64,000 nucleotides of DNA from Octopus sinensis (GCF_006345805.1 NC_042998.1:152768001-152832000), one strand, 5' to 3'; shown: positions 1 to 13,706, numbered from the stretch's first letter. A program made the numbers and translations. The notes: generated by a model not told the origin, from the letters alone.

Positions 1-3000
1 ATGCACCCCACAACATAGACTGGTAGTTAGTGACTTTAGGATCAGGAGCAGGAGGACAACCAGAAGACGACCAACATGGAGAAGAAGGATCTGGAAGCTT
101 AAGGATCCTGTGAATGGACAGAGATTTAGAGACATGTTACTTGAAGCCTTTGACGAAGTAGAAGGGGATAGTGTATCACATGGGGTAGAGGACAACTGGA
201 CGTTTCTAAGGGACAACCTGCTGAGAGCCACTGACCAGATCTGTGGCTGGTGCAAAGTCCCCTCTCGTCCCAAGGTAACGTGGTGGTGGAACAGTGTCGT
301 AGACAGGGCTATTAGAGAAAAGAGACAGACTTGGAAGCACTGGAAGAATGGTGGTAGCAGGGAATTGTATCAGACTGCTAAAAGGGAAGCTAGGAGACAG
401 GTCTATCTAGCCAGAGGGGAAGCAGATAAGAAAAAATTTGCCAATGTTCTGCGCCGTGAGGACCAAAGACTGGAGGTGTTTCGCGTTGCAAGACAGTGTG
501 TGAGAGAGAATTGTGATGTGGTGGGAGAGAAGTGTGTTCGCATCGAAGATGGTTCACTTGCACTAAACGAGGATGCAAAGAGAGAGGCTTGAAGATGCCA
601 CTATGAAAGGTTGCTGAATAAAGAAAATGAATGGGATAAAGAGAGTCTGCCGAACGTTGACCCAACAGAGGGACCAGTTATCAGGGTTGATAGTTCCTTA
701 GTAGCTAAGGCAATTAGAAGCATGAAGACAGGGAAAGCCCCAGGCCCATCAGGTATCAGTGCAGAGATGCTCAAAATATCTGGTAGTGTCGGCTATAGCC
801 TAGTCACCTGTATAGTTAATCAGGTGATACACGAAGGAGTCATTCCCAATGACTGGTGTAGCAGCATAATAGTCAACTGCTACAAAGGTAAAGGTGACGT
901 CCTAGATACAAATAACTACAGGGGTATCAAGCTGTTGGATCAGGTGATGAAGGTTACAGAGAGGGTCATAAGCCAACTAATTAGAGAGAGAGTTAGTTTA
1001 GATGAGATGCAGTTTGGTTTCGTGCCAGGGAAAAGTACCACTGATGCTATATTCCTGGTAAGGCAGCTGCAGGAGAAATACCTAGCCAAAGATAAGGCCC
1101 TGTACCTGGCTTTTGTTGACATGGAGAAAGCCTTCGACAGGGTCCCCCGATCCCTCATATGGTGGTCAATGAGGAAACTAGGAATAGAAGAATGGTTAGT
1201 GAGAGCTGTGGGACGCTGCTAGTAAGGTGAGGGTTGGAAATGAGTACAGTGAAGAATTCCGGGTAGAGGTAGGGGTCCACCAAGGCTCAGTCCTCAGCCC
1301 CCTCCTATTTATCATAGTCCTCCAGGCAATAACGGAGGAATTCAAGACAGGATGCCCCTGGGAGCTCCTCTATGCTGATGACCTTGCTCTAATTGCTGAG
1401 TCATTATCAGAACTGGAGAAGAAGTTTCAGGTGTGGAAGCATGGTTTAGAATCGAAGGGCCTTAGAGTCAACCTAGCTAAAACAAAGTCCTAATAAGTAG
1501 GAAGGTAGACAAATCACAAACGCCTTCAGGAGATGGCCCTGCTCGATCTGTAGAAAAGGTGTAGGTAGAAACTCTATAAGATGCACCAAGTGTAAGCTAT
1601 GGACACATAAGAGGTGCAGCAATGTCATAGGAAGGCTAACTAGGAAGATGGTTTTTGTATGTGGCAGATGCTCGGGAGCATTAACCTATGAAAATCTGCA
1701 GAAAACAACTTCCGTCACTTTCCAGGGGGAAAAACTAGAAGTGGTTGATAGCTTCCGTTATCTTAGTGACCAAGTCAGTAGTGGGGGTGGGTGTGCTGAA
1801 AGTGTAACGGCTAGAGTAAGAATAGCCTGGGCAAAGTTTAGGGAGCTCTTACCTCTGTTGGTGACTAAAGGCCTCTCGCTCAGAGTAAAAGGCAGACTGT
1901 ATGATGCATGTGTACAAACAGCCATGCTACATGGCAGTGAAACATGGGCCGTGACTGCTGAGGACATGCGTAAGCTCGCGAGAAATGAAGCTAGTATGCT
2001 CCGTTGGATGTGTAATGTCAGTGTTCATAGTCGACAGAGTGTAAGTACCTTGAGAGAAAAGTTGGACCTAAGAGGAATCAGATGTTGTGTGCAAGAGAGA
2101 TGATTGCGCTGGTATGGTCATGTGGTGAGAATGGATGAAGATAGGTGTGTGAAAAAGTGCCACACCCTGGCAGTTGAGGGGACCTGTGGAAGAAGTAGAC
2201 CCAGGAAAACCTGGGTCGAGGTGGTGAAGCACGACCTTCGAACTCTAGGTCTCACCAAGGAAATGACCAGAGACCGAGACCTATGGAAGTATGCTGTGCG
2301 TGAGAAGACCCGGCAAGACCAGTGAGAACAATCAAAATCAAATCATATATCAGAAAGCAGGGGTAAGTGACCCATCTGTTCGTGTCCGCTGTCAGCCTCG
2401 TCTGGCACCCGTGCCGGTGATACGTAAAAGCACCATTCGCTCATGGCCGTTTGCCAGCTCTGCCTGGCCCCGTGTCGGTGGCACATAAAAGCACCATCCG
2501 TTCGTGTTCGTTGCCAGCCTCGCCTGGCCCCGTGCCGGTGACACGTAAAAGCACCGTCCGTTCGTGGCCGTTGGCCAGCTCTGTCTGGCCCCTGTCGGTG
2601 GCACGTAAAAGCACCATCCGTTCGTGGCCGTTTGCCAGCTCTGTCTGGCCCCGTGTCGGTGGCACGTAAAAGCACTATCCGTCCGTGTCCGTTGCCAGCC
2701 TCGGCTGGCCCCCGTGCCGGTGACACGTAAAAAGCACCGTCCGCTCGTGGCCGTTTGCCAGCTCTGTCTGGCAACTGTGTCGGTGGCACGTAAAAGCACC
2801 ATCTGTTCGCGTCCGTTGCCAGCCTCGGCTGGCCCCCGTGTCGGTGACATATAAAAGCACCATCCGTTCGTGGCCGTTTGCCAGCTCTGTCTGGCCCCGT
2901 GTCGGTGGCACGTAAAAGCACCATCCCTCCGTGTCCGTTGCCAGCCTCGGCTGGCCCCCGTGCCGGTGACACGTAAAAGCACCGTCCGCTCGTGGCCGTT

Positions 3001-3331
3001 TGCCAGCTCTGTCTGGCAACCGTGTCGGTGGCACGTAAAAGCACCATCCGTTCGTGTCCGTTGCCAGCATCGCCTGGCCCCGTGCCGGTGACACGTAAAA
3101 GCACCATCCGTTCGTGACCGTTCGCCAGCTGTGTCTGGCACCTGTGCAGGTGGCACGTAAAAGACACCCACTACACTCGCGGAGTGGTTGGCGTTAGGAA
3201 GGGCATCCAGCCGTAGAAACACTGCCAGATCTGACTGGGCCTGACGAAGCCTTCCAGCTTCACAGACCCCAGTTGACCCATCCAACCCATGCTAGCATGG
3301 AAAACGGACGCTAAACGATGATGATGATGAT
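1..3331 (+). mobile_element. RTE-clade LINE (Expander/Rex3-like), disrupted ORF, long 3' UTR array, (GAT)n tail; runs off the left edge
   Basis: RT motifs QFGFVPGKSTTDAIF, FVDMEKAFDRVP, GVHQGSVLSPLLF, LYADD (about 1370-1385), and MLHGSETW. Broken by stops and frameshifts. 3' end TGGTTGGCGTTAGGAAGGGCATCCAGC...GATGATGATGA. Confidence 0.95.
2365..3160 (+). repeat. Tandem array of 13 units of about 60-62 bp in the RTE 3' UTR
   Basis: AAAAGCACC recurs every 60-62 bp from 2426 to 3097. Two unit types (GGCCGTTTGCCAGCTCTGTCTGGC and GTCCGTTGCCAGCCTCGGCTGGC). The many overlapping ORFs called here are artefacts of the repeat. Confidence 0.95.
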
Positions 3332-3399
3332 ATATATATATATATACATATATACATATATATATATATATAATAAATGAAATAAAACATATGCATATA

Positions 3400-4289
3400 T
3401 ATAAACATATATGTACGTACCTACCTCTACATGTACATATACACGCATATATGAGTACAGGACACCAAAGGGACGTCAAACACAAAGAGAAACGAAAACA
3501 TAGACACAAACCAAAGGAACTGGACATTTGTTTTTAAAAACAACAAAAAAACAAAAAATGGAGTACAGGACAATTAACACAACGAAAAAACCCCTTCTTC
3601 AGTCGCTAAGGTTTCATCTACTCTACGTTTCGAAGGATAAAAGCGAGACGTATTTTCGACAAGAAACTTTCCTTCCTGCGAAAAGCAAATCAATTAAAAT
3701 TCTGAGATCTTTTCGCAGAGGGGTAAAAAATGGTAAAAAAATGGTAAAAAAATAGGACAGTAACGACAGTACAAAAATATAAACAGTAAAAAAATAAACA
3801 GTAAAAAAAATATAAACAGTAAAAAAAATATAACAGTAAAAGACAGGACAGGGAAAAACAAGATAAGAAGGGCTGTTGACGCCGAACGAAAAAAGTATTG
3901 CAAACGCAATATATATACATATATATTCCGAACTAACTCACTCTGTGAGAGCCTCAGTTCAAATCACACGTGCCTCGAATGGGCTGGAGTATTTCTATTT
4001 TGGATGTATTTGGGGTACTTAGTTGTGCCCATGACTTAGTATTTGCTTCTTCCATGAGTGTGAGTAAGAATCTCATTTATTTCTTTTGTCACGTGTATCA
4101 CTGACGGAGAGAGGGCTCTTAGTAGCTAACTCTGAAATCGGTCCGATATGGTAATAATGGAATTTTTTAGAAATTTCTGTCAGCCGTTTTTCGAGTAGCA
4201 TGCGTATTGTGAAAAAATTATATGGTTAATGGACAATATGTCCAATTCTTCGGCATATTTAGCATTAGAATTTTTTCCTTTGCCCTCAT

Positions 4290-4290
<1 letters not shown>
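3400..4290 (-). mobile_element. Penelope-like element remnant (terminal-repeat-like segment plus probable N-terminal ORF relic)
   Basis: Minus strand 3585-3640 TTCGAAACGTAGAGTAGATGAAAC...ACTGAAGAAGGG is homologous to the PLE-associated repeat at 10718-10762. A degenerate ILSHGHN*VP motif resembles the PLE L-x-K-G-x-N-F-x-P motif. Confidence 0.4.
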
Positions 4291-4940
<650 letters not shown>

Positions 4941-4944
4941 ATAC

Positions 4945-6485
4945 AACTGGCAAACTTCCAAGAAAACTGAATGAAGGTAAAATATGCCCTATTTATAAAG
5001 GAGGTAGCAGAGCGGAAGTCAAAACTACAGACCTATCTCTCTGACCTCACACAGCAAGGTCATGGAACGAATAGTCAGAAGGAAACTAATCACCTTCCTT
5101 GAAGAAAATGACTTGCTGCCTGACACCTAACATGGTTTCCGATCAGGAAGAAGCTGCCTAACTCAGCTCCTACAACACTATGACTGGGTGCTGAAACGAC
5201 TGCTCAACCACTCAAATGTGGAAGTCATATATCTCGACTTTGCAAAGGCCTTTGATAAAGTCGATCATGGAATGATATGTCACAAACTGCGTGATCTTGG
5301 CATAGTTGGAAAATTGGGAGGATGGCTTCATGACTTTCTGAAGGATAGAAACCAGGTGATAGTAGCCAATGGGGCCACTTCCATTAACATGCAAATAGTG
5401 AGCGGTGTTCCGCAAGGCACTGTTTTGGGACCACTACTGTTCATAATGGCCCTTTCAGACATGCCCTGAGCCATGCAGAGAGCCACGATCACAAGTTATG
5501 CAGATGATACAAAAGTTTCACAGGCAATACAGAACTCTGAAGACACTATGCAGCTGCAATGTGAGCTGGACAAAATATACAAGTGGGCTGAAAAGAATAG
5601 CATGCAGTTCAATGCTGAAAAGTTTCAAACTTTATGCTATCAGCATGCAAAACTAAATGCAATACCCAATAAATACACTGGACCTGGAGGGATTGCAATC
5701 CCAGAGGCACAATCAGTGCAAGACCTGGGTATTTACATTATGCAACTTTTCATGTGCATGTTGCTAAATTGGCAATGAAATGTAGGCGGCTGACCAGATG
5801 GATTCTTAGAACCTTTAGAACAAGAGACCAGGAAACCATGATGGTCCTCTGCAGGACACTTGTCCTAAGCCACTTTGACTATTGCTCTCAGCTAAGGTCA
5901 CCATCCAGTGTCAAGTTAATCACAGAACTTGAGGCGATCCAATGAAGCTACACGAAGAAGATAGCCTCTGTGCAGCATATAAGCTACTGAGAAAGACTCA
6001 AGAGATTAAGACTCTATTCCTTAGAGCATAGGCGAGAAAGATATGCCATAATATACATCTGGAAGATCCTAGAAGGACTTGTCCCAAACTTTGGCATCAA
6101 GAGTTACACAAACACTAGAACTGGGTGCCACTGCATAGTGCCAAGAACTCCAAATTTGCCATCAAGATGTAGGACAAGATACTGTGACAGCCTGGGCTTC
6201 AGAGGCCCACAGCTCTTCAATATCCTCCCGAAGGACCTGAGAGACCTGCATGGAGAGGATGCCGATGTCTTTAAAATAAAACTGGATCTCATCCTGTCCC
6301 AGATGAACCAACTTCACGGCAGGAGGTGTAGATGAGGGCAGCTGCATCGGACTCTCTCATGCACCAAATGGCATTTGCTAAAAAGCATTCATGAAATAAA
6401 ATCATGTAGCATCATCAAATGGTGGTGCCCCAGCATGGCCACAGCCTGTGAGCTGAAACTAGATAAAATAAAATAAATAAAATAA
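4945..6485 (+). mobile_element. CR1/L2-group LINE, 5'-truncated, RT pseudogene with intact 3' end
   Basis: YLDFAKAFDKVDH, SGVPQGTVLGPLLF, SYADDTKV and FDYCSQL motifs with stops. 3' end CCCCAGCATGGCCACAGCCTGTGAGCTGAAAC followed by (TAAAA)n. Confidence 0.85.
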
Positions 6486-6584
6486 AAAAAATATATAATA
6501 TATATATATATATATTATATATATATATATTATATACATATTATATATATATACATATATATACATATACATATATATACATAT

Positions 6585-6617
<33 letters not shown>

Positions 6618-6619
6618 CA

Positions 6620-6960
6620 TATCATCATCATCATCATTGTTTAACATCTGCTTTCCATGCTAGCATGGGTTGGACGATTTGACTGAGGTCTGGCGAACTA
6701 GATAGCTGCACCAGACTCCAATCTGATCTGGCAGAGTTTCTACAGCTGGATGCCCTTCCTAACGCCAACCACTCTGAGAGTGTAATGGGTGCTTTTGTGT
6801 GCCACCGGCACAAGGGCCAATCAGGTGGTACTGGCAATGGCCACGCTCAAATGGTGCATTTTATGTGCCACCTGTACAGGAGCCAGTCCAGCGGCACTGG
6901 CAACGACCTCGCTTGAATGTTTTTTCACGTGCCACCAGCACAAGTGTCAGTAAGGTGATG
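6620..6960 (-). mobile_element. RTE 3' UTR and tail fragment
   Basis: (CAT)n GTTTAACATCTGCTTTCCATGCTAGCATGGGTTGGACG...GGATGCCCTTCCTAACGCCAACC is the reverse complement of the tail at 3170-3331, plus degenerate array units. Confidence 0.9.
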
Positions 6961-6999
6961 CAGGTAATGATCACGCTTGATATCAACTCCTTGATATCA

Positions 7000-8100
7000 T
7001 ATGAAAAAAAAATTTGCACCAAGTGGATGAGACTGTCTAATTCTACCTCACTTTTTGTGAACCACTACAAATCATCTATAAATTGCAGGTGACTGAGCTT
7101 TCCTTAACCATCCCCAGATCATACCCCAACCTTGTCTTTCATAATATTTCACTCAATGGAATCATTCCCAGGATGAAAACCAATGGGGATACACTGTCCC
7201 CTAGGAAAATTCCTCTCCTAATTTCGTCTCTAACACCAGATTCTTTGCTATTGATTAAGTGCTCCACATTGCATATTGTTCCGTGTAAAGCTTCTCATGT
7301 TTTCTGCTCCTCTATTCATTTCCATAGTTCTTGTTAGCCATGAGTGTGGTATCACAGTGTAAACCAATCCATGCCATGATCAAATTTGTGTGCCTTCTCT
7401 TGCAGTTTCTGATGATTAGCTTGTCAATTAATAGCTGATCTTTCATTCCCTGACTCTTCTTTCAATGCCCTTTCTGTTCAATTGGTAGCAGCCCACTTTT
7501 TTTAAGGTATTCCTACAACTCACCAGCCAAAACACCTATCAGTAGTTTCCACATTAGTGGAAGACATGTTATTGGTTGAAAGTAGGATGTCCTTTCAAAG
7601 TTCCTTGACACATAATGACTTTCCCCATGTCATTCAACTGGGAACTAAACCTTCCTGCAAGCATCTATGTAGCTGTTCTGCTATCTTTTCTTGGAGCCAT
7701 CTCAGCTTCTTCATCCAATATCCTTGGACACTAACTTGTCTTATGTTCTTCTTTTTTTGTACTATACTTATCTGTCTTTTCATCTTTTCTGTATTTATTT
7801 TTATGTTGTTTTGAGCAAACATAATTCCAAACTTCTCTGGATTTCAAGTGGTCACACAACATAATCATTACATTCTACAAGTTGACCTCAGATTTCCCCA
7901 CTAAAAACTCTGATTTCATCTGCATTAGGTACTAATTTGGTGTAATTACCCATCCAATTCATGAAATTGCTTTCCCTTACCTGTTCTGTCTGAATTGTTT
8001 TGTTCAGTTGTCATTCTACTTAAAATTCTGCCTTGATTGCAACTACTCTTTGTTTCAATTCTTCCAACACCACATCATACCCTTTATCTCTTATTCTATA
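7000..8100 (-). mobile_element. R4/Dong-like non-LTR retrotransposon RT fragment (degraded)
   Basis: Minus strand RGIFLGDSVSPLVFILGMIPL (about 7150-7215) and VQGYWMKKL (ORF 7634..7822) match R4/Dong-type GIFQGDSLSP and G(V/I)QGYWLKK. Confidence 0.7.
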
Positions 8101-8123
8101 CGATTACTATTATTATTATTACT

Positions 8124-8335
8124 TAAGGTGGCGAGCTGGCACAATTGTTAGTGTACCAGGCAAAATGCTTAAGTGACATTTTGCCTGTCTTTATCTTGAG
8201 ATCAAATTGTGCAGAGGTCAATTTTGCCTTTCATCCTTTCAAGTTGATAAAATAAGTACCAGTTGAGTACTGGCGTTGATGTAATCAACTAGCCTCCTCT
8301 GTAATTGCTAGCCTTGTGCCAAAATTTGAAACCAT
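8124..8335 (+). mobile_element. tRNA-derived SINE with a Nin-like central domain and (ATT)n tail
   Basis: GGTGGCGAGCTGGCA head, core GCCTTTCATCCTTTC..TTGATAAAATAAGTACCAG, tail GCCTTGTGCCAAAATTTGAAACC ATTATT. Confidence 0.7.
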
Positions 8336-8849
8336 TATTACTACTACTGCTATTACTACCACTCTTACTAGTATTTTTTTTATTACTATAATTGTGTGGA
8401 ATTACTAAATTCATTTCACCAAACTCTCTTAATTTACAAACATTATGTGCCAAATTTCTGGTGACTGAATACACCAATTTAACTGTGTCTGTTAAATAAC
8501 CTCTCATATTAACTAGATGGTTGGAAATGCTTGTCTAAGTCCATGAAAATTTATCTGGTACATTTGTGGTTACTTGGGTCCCTTATAGAGCATTATACCA
8601 CATCACCTGTCTTAGTTGAGTTCATCACTTTTTAGGATTAATATCATAGTTAATATTGCCCTTCTATATATTTATTGGTAATGTCATGAGGACAAGCACC
8701 TTCAACCTCTGGGTCCCAGTTGCTTGTATTATTTTTATTCTTATTTCTACATTTTTTATTCTTTCTGTTATTGCTACTATTATTCCTATTTTCCTTATCA
8801 TTTTTATAGCAATAGGGGCTAGCATAAGAACCACATAGAAAAATTTAAC

Positions 8850-9950
8850 AGGAAATGACACATGCAGGATCAAGGTGCAGCCATTGGTATCACTGTGGCT
8901 GGCCTCTGCATGATCTGGTGGGACAGAAAACTTAAACAAACCTTAGCTGAACAATCCACAACTGTTTAGTTTTACTGTAAGTATGTAGATGACATCAACA
9001 TTCTAGTTAGGACAAACTCTGGTAACTGTAGTGTAGAAACCGAGAGGAGCATAATGGAGAGCATCCAGCACATAGCTAACTCCATCCACCAAAGTATCAA
9101 GATAACAATAGATTACCCAGCCAGGCACCCTAACAGTAGACTCCCTATCCTTGATACTGAACTTTGGCTAGAGACTGTGAACAACAGAAAGCAGCTCTTC
9201 CACTCCTATTACATGAAACCCATAGCTTCTAAATATGCTGTTCACAAGAACTCAGATTTGTCACACAACATGAAAATCAACATACTGATAGCAGATTTAG
9301 TTAGGATAATGAATAACATGTCCCCACTATGTGAACCTTATGAAAGAAGGAAACATGTACAGAACTTCATATGACCAGAAAGATAGGATTTGAGTATACA
9401 GAGGAGCTAGAAAGAAGTTAGATAGCATTATATGTAATGAAACCAGTGGTGCCTGCCCTAGATACAGGGGTAACAACTGGAATAGAAGGAGACCAAACTC
9501 AACATTAAGATAATTGAAAAGCCCAGGAACTCCATTAGATCACAGTTATGTAGGACATACTCCTTTGAGAATACCACATGCAGCTATGAGGACATACCCC
9601 TTTGAGAATACCACATGCACCTATGATTAATCCTGATATTAACTGTAGAACTAGAAATGTAGTCTACAGCATAAGGTGCATTAGAGGGGGCTTGTAAAGA
9701 CAAGAACATGACATATGTTGGTGAAACATCTAGAAGCATTGCAGAGATATTAAATGCACATTTGAGACAATATGATGACAAAAACGTCCTCCATACTCTA
9801 CCAACATGGAGGTATACTGGGCTGACTTGACATCTGCATTTTATCCAGGCACCTGAAGAACCCAACACTCAGACAAATACAGGAGTATGTCCTCATAAAT
9901 GAAACATTTCCCATATTAAATAGCAGATACACATAGAAGGTAGTGATACC
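8850..9950 (+). mobile_element. Penelope-like element, RT and GIY-YIG remnant
   Basis: AIGITVAGLCMIWWD...YCKYVDDINILV (about 8880-9005), LPILDTELW...YYMKPIAS (ORF 9054..9374), and VVYSI...YVGETSRS (about 9660-9745). Confidence 0.85.
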
Positions 9951-10004
9951 TTAATAGCCACAGTATATACATACACAAGTGGATTTGTTAGTAGGCTATT
10001 ATGT

Positions 10005-11109
10005 AGGTAACTGATGAAGGGATTGCTCTTTATGCTACTTGTCTTGTTTCTCTATTTGTTTCTTTCTTTGTTCAAAAAAGTTCGTTTTCCATGTTTTTGT
10101 TTTTCATGTTGTTCACATTTTTTTGACATCCTGTACCCATATATGTAGGTGTATATACATATACATGTAGGTATGTACATGTATCTATATATATATATAT
10201 ATATTATATATATATATATATATAAATATTATTATTATTATTATATGATCGAATGCCACGCATCCATTTACAAGTAAGTTGTATCTTAATAATTCCGATG
10301 CGAACTTATACCACTATCCTATCACTATCTCTATTCTTCCTCTCTTCTTCTTTCTTTCTTTTTTCTCTCACCGTTTTTGTAATTCTCCTCACCCCACTTC
10401 ACCGTTCTCTATCTGTCCTTCTCTCCCTCATACTTCCTCACTTTTCCTCCTTGTCTCTCTCATTGCTCACATGTGACCAGTGGCTATCTTTCTTTCTCCT
10501 CCTTACACCACAAGAGACAACACACATTTTTGCCTGTCTCCTGTCAAAGCTTGTTTCTCCAGCATTCACCACTTCACCTTGTTATGGTTTAACAGCTTTT
10601 ACCATTTGTTTTTACAGTCCTGTTTTTGTTACCATTGTAACCCTCTACAAACCCCAAATTTTATTTAATATGCTTTGCGGGAACAACTGTTTTGATGAAG
10701 ACGCATTTTGTCCTAACGTTCGAAATGTGGAGTAGATAAAACAGGGGACAACTGATGAAGGGATTGTTCTTTATGTTGCCTGTCTTGTTTCTCTATTTGT
10801 TTCTTTCGTTGTTCATAAAAAAGTTCATTTTCCATGTTTTTGTTTTTCATGTTGTTCATGCTTTATTGATGTGTATATACATATATGCATGTGTATACAT
10901 ATGCATGTGTATATATGCATGTGTATACATACGCATGTGTATATACATATATATGTATGTATGTATATATGTGTATATATATATATATATATATGCATGT
11001 GTATATACATATATATGTATGTGTATATATATATATATCATCATCATCATCATCGTTTAACATGTATATATATACACACATGCATATATATATATATATA
11101 TACACATGC

Positions 11110-11142
<33 letters not shown>

Positions 11143-11335
11143 CATACATATATATGTATATACACATGCATATATATATATATATACACATATATACATA
11201 CATACATATATATGTATATACACATGCATATATGGGTAGAGGACATCATGAACATGAAAAACAAAAACATGGAAAATGAACTTTTTTATGAACAACGAAA
11301 GAAACAAATAGAGAAACAAGACAGGCAACATACAT
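10005..11335. repeat. PLE terminal-repeat-like copies, one inverted, around a microsatellite block
   Basis: ACTGATGAAGGGATTG(C/T)TCTTTATG at about 10010 and 10751. 10773-10858 is repeated in reverse complement at about 11245-11331. Confidence 0.65.
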
Positions 11336-11479
11336 ACATACACATATATGTATATACACATGCATATATGGGTAAAGGACATCAAAAAAACACCATGCCA
11401 CCCATCAAAAAAACACTCCTGCCACCCACCCCACATAAAAAGAAACATCCCATATAGTATGGCAAGACACATATGCAAC

Positions 11480-12255
11480 ATAGTAACTGACTCACAAACA
11501 CGCCTAATAAGATTAGATGAACTTTAAAACTTCCTACTAGAACAAAAATACCCCCTTAAACTAATAAAAAATGGAATCTCAAGAGCAATGAAATTAGACA
11601 TCACACAACTCAGGACACCCAAAGCAAAAAACAAAGAAAACATTATCCCTTTCATAAACACACACAACTCTGGACTTACTAACATGTTTCAAATCATACA
11701 TTCAAACCTACCAATAGTCTTACAAAGCCCCAAAATGGAAAACATACTAAACAAATATTGCATAAAAAACAGTAGACGACAAGACAAAAACCTGAAGAAA
11801 CATCTAACAAGAGCGAAATTCTCATCAGAAACTAAAACTGAATTCTTTGTAAAAGAGTGTGGAGATGGTAGATGCGGGATCTGCAGTAACCCCACCTACA
11901 AATACATAAAGGGAGACAAAGAAAATGAAATTTAAAAGTGGTCACATATTCAAAATAAATGCAGATATGAACTGCAAGACGCAGAACGTAATATACTGCA
12001 TAATCTGCCCCATGTGCAAGGAGGATTATATTGGTGAAACTGGAAATTCTTTATGCCGATGAGCCAGAATTCACTGACAACATGTCCAACAGGAAGAACT
12101 GCGCAAGATACCACTGAGTAAACACCTAGATACATGTGGAGAAGGAAAATTTAAGATCTTTCCCTTCTACAAATGTCCAAAGAATGACACCTCCTTCAAG
12201 AGGAATATGGAAAAATACTTCATAACTAAGTTCTCCCCCAAACTGAATGGCTGAA
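11480..12255 (+). mobile_element. Penelope-like element C-terminal region (linker plus GIY-YIG endonuclease), frameshifted
   Basis: IPFINTHN...SRRQDKNLKKHLTRAKF...CGDGRCGIC, then NCKTQNVIYCIICPMCKEDYIGETG...MEKYFITKFSPKLNG*. Confidence 0.9.
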
Positions 12256-13706
12256 AATTTCTCTATAATAAACTGTACCAGCACACACACACACACAGTT
12301 CTATACATATGTTTTGGTTTTTGAAAATACAACATTGAACAAAGGATATTCTAATATTTGAATGAAACCATTTCACTTTAATTTGTGGAACCAGTTGCTC
12401 CTGTATTATAAAACTTAATATTTATTTAACTGTCAATCAGTGAGATATTAGAGTAAATCAATTGAAGGTCAGACAACAGGCTCAGTGGTTGTCAGTTTGT
12501 ATTCTGTCATCTGTAACTTCAACACAAAAAAGTCTCTTTTCCAAATATGGACCTTATGAAATTTTGCTCATCATACATTGAAGGACAAATCTTTCAATTT
12601 ATAATTTAACAAACATAGTGTAGCGTTTAGTCCACTGTATATTACTCTACATTCTTGTTGATCACCAAAGCAAATTGACTTATAAAATGTGAATAAAACA
12701 AACCTGTTTTTGTAATCCAGATTTTCCATCCCATGTAAGCACAGGAATCAAACATTGGATTGAAAGAACTGAATAGTGGTATAAATATCAACACAATTAT
12801 TTTTTCTTCCTCTTTTTTCTTCTTTCTTCCCTTCTCCAACGACACCCCTTCCAGATTCACAGGCACCCACACACGCACCTTCACAAATCAATAATAAAAA
12901 GAAATCCAGACTATTCTTAAAACCAAAAACCATTTACAGTTGCAAAAAAATAAAAACAAATGTGGTACTGATTACTCTTAACAACTTGACCATTCCTCCT
13001 TAACATTCCTTTCAGATACAAAGACACAAACACACACACACACACACACACACTCTCTTTCTAACAAGACAATGATAAAAAGGAAATATAATTTATGGGT
13101 TCTTTCTCTCCCTCTTCTTCCTTCCCTTCTTTTTCTCTAACACTACTTTCAGATACAAACACACACACACATGCACACACACACACGCTCTCTCTCACTT
13201 TTTCCCCATTCATCACCCTCTTATACTATCTTATATCCCTCCCCACCACTACACACTCAATAACACTATAAAATGGTCAAATTTTTTCCCCAAGATCTTA
13301 GACCCCGATTGGAGTAAACATCCTTGACCAACTACAAAAGAAACCAGCAAAACAATTTTTTCTTCTTCCCTCCCTCCCTTCTTTTTCTCTAACACTATTT
13401 TCAGATACAAAAACACACACATACATGATCTCTCTCTCACTTTCTCCCCATTCATCACCCTCTTGTACTATCTTATATTTCTCCCCACTACTACACACTC
13501 AATAACACTATAAAATGGTCAAAATTTTCCCATAGGAACTTAGTTCAATTTGAAAAATCCACCAGAATGGACACAATTTGAAAAATCCACCAGAATGGAC
13601 GAAAGCGCTAATATATGATATAAGTTATATGATGTATAAAAACATGTAATATACAAATAAATATCTGTAAATATAAAACCATCCGAATTTCTGAGTACCA
13701 CATTTC

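Noticed and set aside
2343-3285. Long GC-rich ORFs (274 and 297 aa) and a CRISPR-like appearance
   Set aside because: The ORFs arise from the ~60-bp tandem unit. Units are contiguous with no unique spacers and no cas genes, in a eukaryotic LINE 3' UTR.
8289-8507. ORF with YSVTR resembling the ASK SAM motif YYVTR
   Set aside because: It lies in line with the R4/Dong relic and has no convincing splice sites; more likely a retroelement N-terminal remnant.
10755-11481. Many 60-190 aa ORFs rich in Y/I/C/V/M/H (also 4229-4961, 15224-15928, 34461-34909)
   Set aside because: Translations of (TA)n, (TG)n and (TATG)n microsatellites.
12689-12755. Possible downstream host exon (TTCAG acceptor, CAG|GTTTGT donor)
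   Set aside because: The phase-compatible translation (NSFNPMFDSCAYMGWKIWITKT) shows no recognisable ASK/SAM similarity and the splice sites are weak.
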